A model generated the notes under the pieces. That model saw only the letters and a program-made list of their open reading frames with translations. It had not been told where the DNA came from and did not search any database. From NCBI GenBank assembly GCA_040954595.2, contig CM082597.2, positions 1,284,886-1,348,885 on the forward strand: 64,000 nt of DNA, written 5' to 3'. Within the stretch, counting starts at the first letter, position 1; each line of letters opens with the position of its first letter. The position numbers were made by a program, and so were the translations under genes. Positions 61,101 to 64,000 of this stretch are shown here, in pieces. The DNA comes from Balanoglossus misakiensis. Its lineage: Eukaryota > Animalia > Hemichordata.

Positions 61101-64000
61101 ACGTAACAGAAGCCAGTAGGGAAAATAGAACTAGCTCATATTTCTGCTGTGATGGGTTGTGGGTAATATTTTTCCACAATTTTATGTGTTGTGAATTCAT
61201 AAGTAAGTGAGATATTCTGAAAAACAAATGCCACAATGCCAAATATTGAAATTCAACAACACTGCAAATCAGATATTTGTTGCATTCTGTGGGGGAAAAA
61301 CACAGCCCCAGATAAGAATTCCATCACGTTGCAATTTTCTCTTAAAAAGAAGGAAAAACATGTGAACGAAATTAGCATGTCTTCCAGGCTATTTTGGTCT
61401 GCCATTTTAATCAGGGGTTTGTGAATACACGTGTCTACCATGTTGCTGCAAAATTCGGCCATACGGTTCCCATTTTTATCCATCGATTCTGACGTGATCC
61501 GTTGAACGTCTCTTTCAACGAAAAGTTGCCCGGATTTTCCTGCGTTGTGTGTGAAAAAAATAAGGTGTAGAAGTAAAAGAAAAAGCATCTGAAAGTGCAA
61601 AAGAGTTGTTCGCTTTGTTCGATTTTTTTTCCAGAATTTCAGAACTAAGAGGTGAAACGGAGTTTCCCCTTTTGTGTAAATGTCTGTGACATTGAAAGGC
61701 TAATTACTGGCACACTGCCAGGTCTCGTCTTTCAAGGTCATGTCTTCAGAATTCGACAAACTCTAGTAGGATTGCGATCTGTTCAATGTTCCGACCAGAT
61801 TTGGATATTGATGGTTTTGAGCAACGCTGACCTGGAAGAGACCTCAATGACTATTTTCGATGGTTTAGTGCGTTTGTGATCAATTAGAGAAATGAACTGC
61901 ATAATTTATGTCAGTTTCATTGGATTTTAATTCTGAGCAGCATCAAAACATCCCAGAAATTTGCATTTTTGTAATTTGCATTACCGTTACCCGTACTTAC
62001 ATTGCCGAACACCCTTGACTTTCGGGGTAAAGCCACTCGGTGAAATGAAGAATTTCTGTTGCAGAGTTGTTTTCATTCTGTTTACTTCAAATTGTAATTG
62101 GATCTAGCATAGTTGATTGTTTTTTGGAATTTAGGGTGTGACACTAGTTGTTTTTTTACACTTGATCATAAATCGTTCCAAAATTCGCTTGAAATTAAGA
62201 AATATTTTTCCATTGTAAATTTCATTTAAATTAGCTACGTAGGTTGCTCTTACATTATGAAGGATGTTGATTTCAAAGAGGCCACTGTTTTTGGATCATT
62301 GACTATATGGGTCATGTTTTACGGATCTGCTTCTAATTTACAAACCAACAAGGCGATAACACAAATGAAGAGAATTTGAACAAAGGCCAGACATTCTTAA
62401 AATTATCGGCATCCAAAATTAGCAGAGAATTCACTCGTGCTAGATTAGCCAACCAATCACCCCAGCTAAACAGGAATGTTTTACTGTACGCCAATAAAAC
62501 TCAAGGTATGCTCCATAAATGATGTCAATTCAATGCTTTTATGTTGGATATGGAGACATTGAGAATAGTACAATTAATGGATGATAAAAAGTTTCCATGG
62601 AAACACCACAGTGTCAAAAAAGGATGAAATATCACAAAAGAATGAGAATATGACAACCTTTGTATTAGTCGCTCCTTGTCCTCAGAAAGTAGGACAACTA
62701 TAGAACGGGAATTATGAAATAAAAATAGAAAGGAAAAATAGCATGATTTCACAACAACAGCTGACATCTCGTGTCAGCAAGGGGTCACAGAGAGAGAGTG
62801 TACCCCCAATGATCAATCTTTCATTCTGTCACCTTGTACTGAACTCATTTCATAATCATTTGAGGGTACAGCTAGATGAGAAGCATATTTTATTATTTGT
62901 TCAGAGAAATATGTGGCATAAATCTGTAAATATGGACCAAGAGAGTGAGCGTACATTTTCTTAGCTCTGTGTGTATCAAAACAAGCAACATTTTAAACTC
63001 CCATGATGCATCATTGAGATGGCTAAGATGAAAGTGTGGCAGATGAATACAGTTTTGGTTTTGAAGTTTCTGTGGACTGAATCTAAAGAAACGCAACCAT
63101 GCAAATCCCACTGTACTTCAAAATTCCTAGTATTCATCTATTTAAATCAGTCGAGTGTTTTGCATGAACACTGAGGGTTGCATAAACACTGAGGCTTGTA
63201 ATAAAAGTTTACATGCAAGTTATGGTTCTGCATTACTTTTAAGATGGAGCTCTGTGACCTGTTCCGTCCAATCATGTCGCCATGTTGATGTGTTAATATA
63301 ATTTGCCGCTGCACACATGCAATAACAGGTGACGGTACACTTAGTGGCACCACCATATTTGATGTCAATTTTCACTTTCCAGGGCCTTGATACAGCGAGC
63401 AAGCTTCCATTATGTTCAGTTTCCATTTTAAAGAGTGAGGGTTCTCTTTGTGTGGTGAAGTACTTATGGGATTTGCCTGCATGGAGGTTCTGCCCAGCTC
63501 ATGATATTCAAGGCTTGTGTGACATCACCGTTGCTAGGGTAACAGACTCCGCCATTTTAAGTATGACTGCATCAACGTGTGTGCACGTAACCTTCATCGA
63601 CACGTCTGCAATAAAAACCTAATCTTGCCTGTCTAATAGAGTTAAAATTTGCCTGTCTGATGACGTTAATATGAATCTTGTTTTTTCGGGGGGAATGTAC
63701 AACTGGAGGGACATTTTGAACATTTTAAATTTATTTGCGTTGGTTGGGGATCCATATTGGATTATTGGGATTAAACAAACAAAAAATAACAGGTTGTTTA
63801 TTAATTTTTTGAAATGTTAGAAGGATTGAGACAGATAAATGTGAAGCATTGATTAAACATAGAGGAAAATATTCTTGTGAAGTGTTGACATCACTAGAAA
63901 TGTCAAGGGTTGGATGCTGTTGAACAAACACTCTGGTTACTTTGGTGTGTGTTCTGAAATTGGTCACATGGCATGATTTGATTATTACACTATCCATCAA

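Noticed and set aside
61253-61600. 115-aa minus-strand ORF with a signal-peptide-like start
   Set aside because: The start is non-ATG, the hydrophobic run comes from an A-rich tract, and there is no recognisable domain.

Overview
Eukaryotic, AT-rich, intron-containing DNA with the look of an invertebrate animal genome. A marine deuterostome such as a hemichordate or echinoderm is only a guess. Most entries in the ORF track are spurious. Four spliced genes could be assembled by hand with phase-consistent GT-AG junctions. Three are 5-exon paralogs of a type II membrane, O-fucosyltransferase-like (GT-B, O-FucT/POFUT superfamily) glycosyltransferase at 3382-6071(-), 6665-8878(-) and 10831-13933(+). 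The fourth is an 8-exon, ~397-aa type I Ig-superfamily adhesion/receptor protein at 18556-52669(-), with a signal peptide, a split V domain, a C-type domain with an acidic insert, two small Thr/Pro stalk exons, a TM segment and a PDZ-type tail; its first intron is 22.5 kb. Weaker signals suggest the 5' end of another minus-strand gene running off the left edge and a divergent plus-strand first exon near 53.6 kb. The window also holds a higher-order minisatellite, several MITE-like inverted repeats, and clusters of splicing-regulator and RFX motifs. No prokaryotic features, CRISPR array, tRNA or rRNA were recognised.
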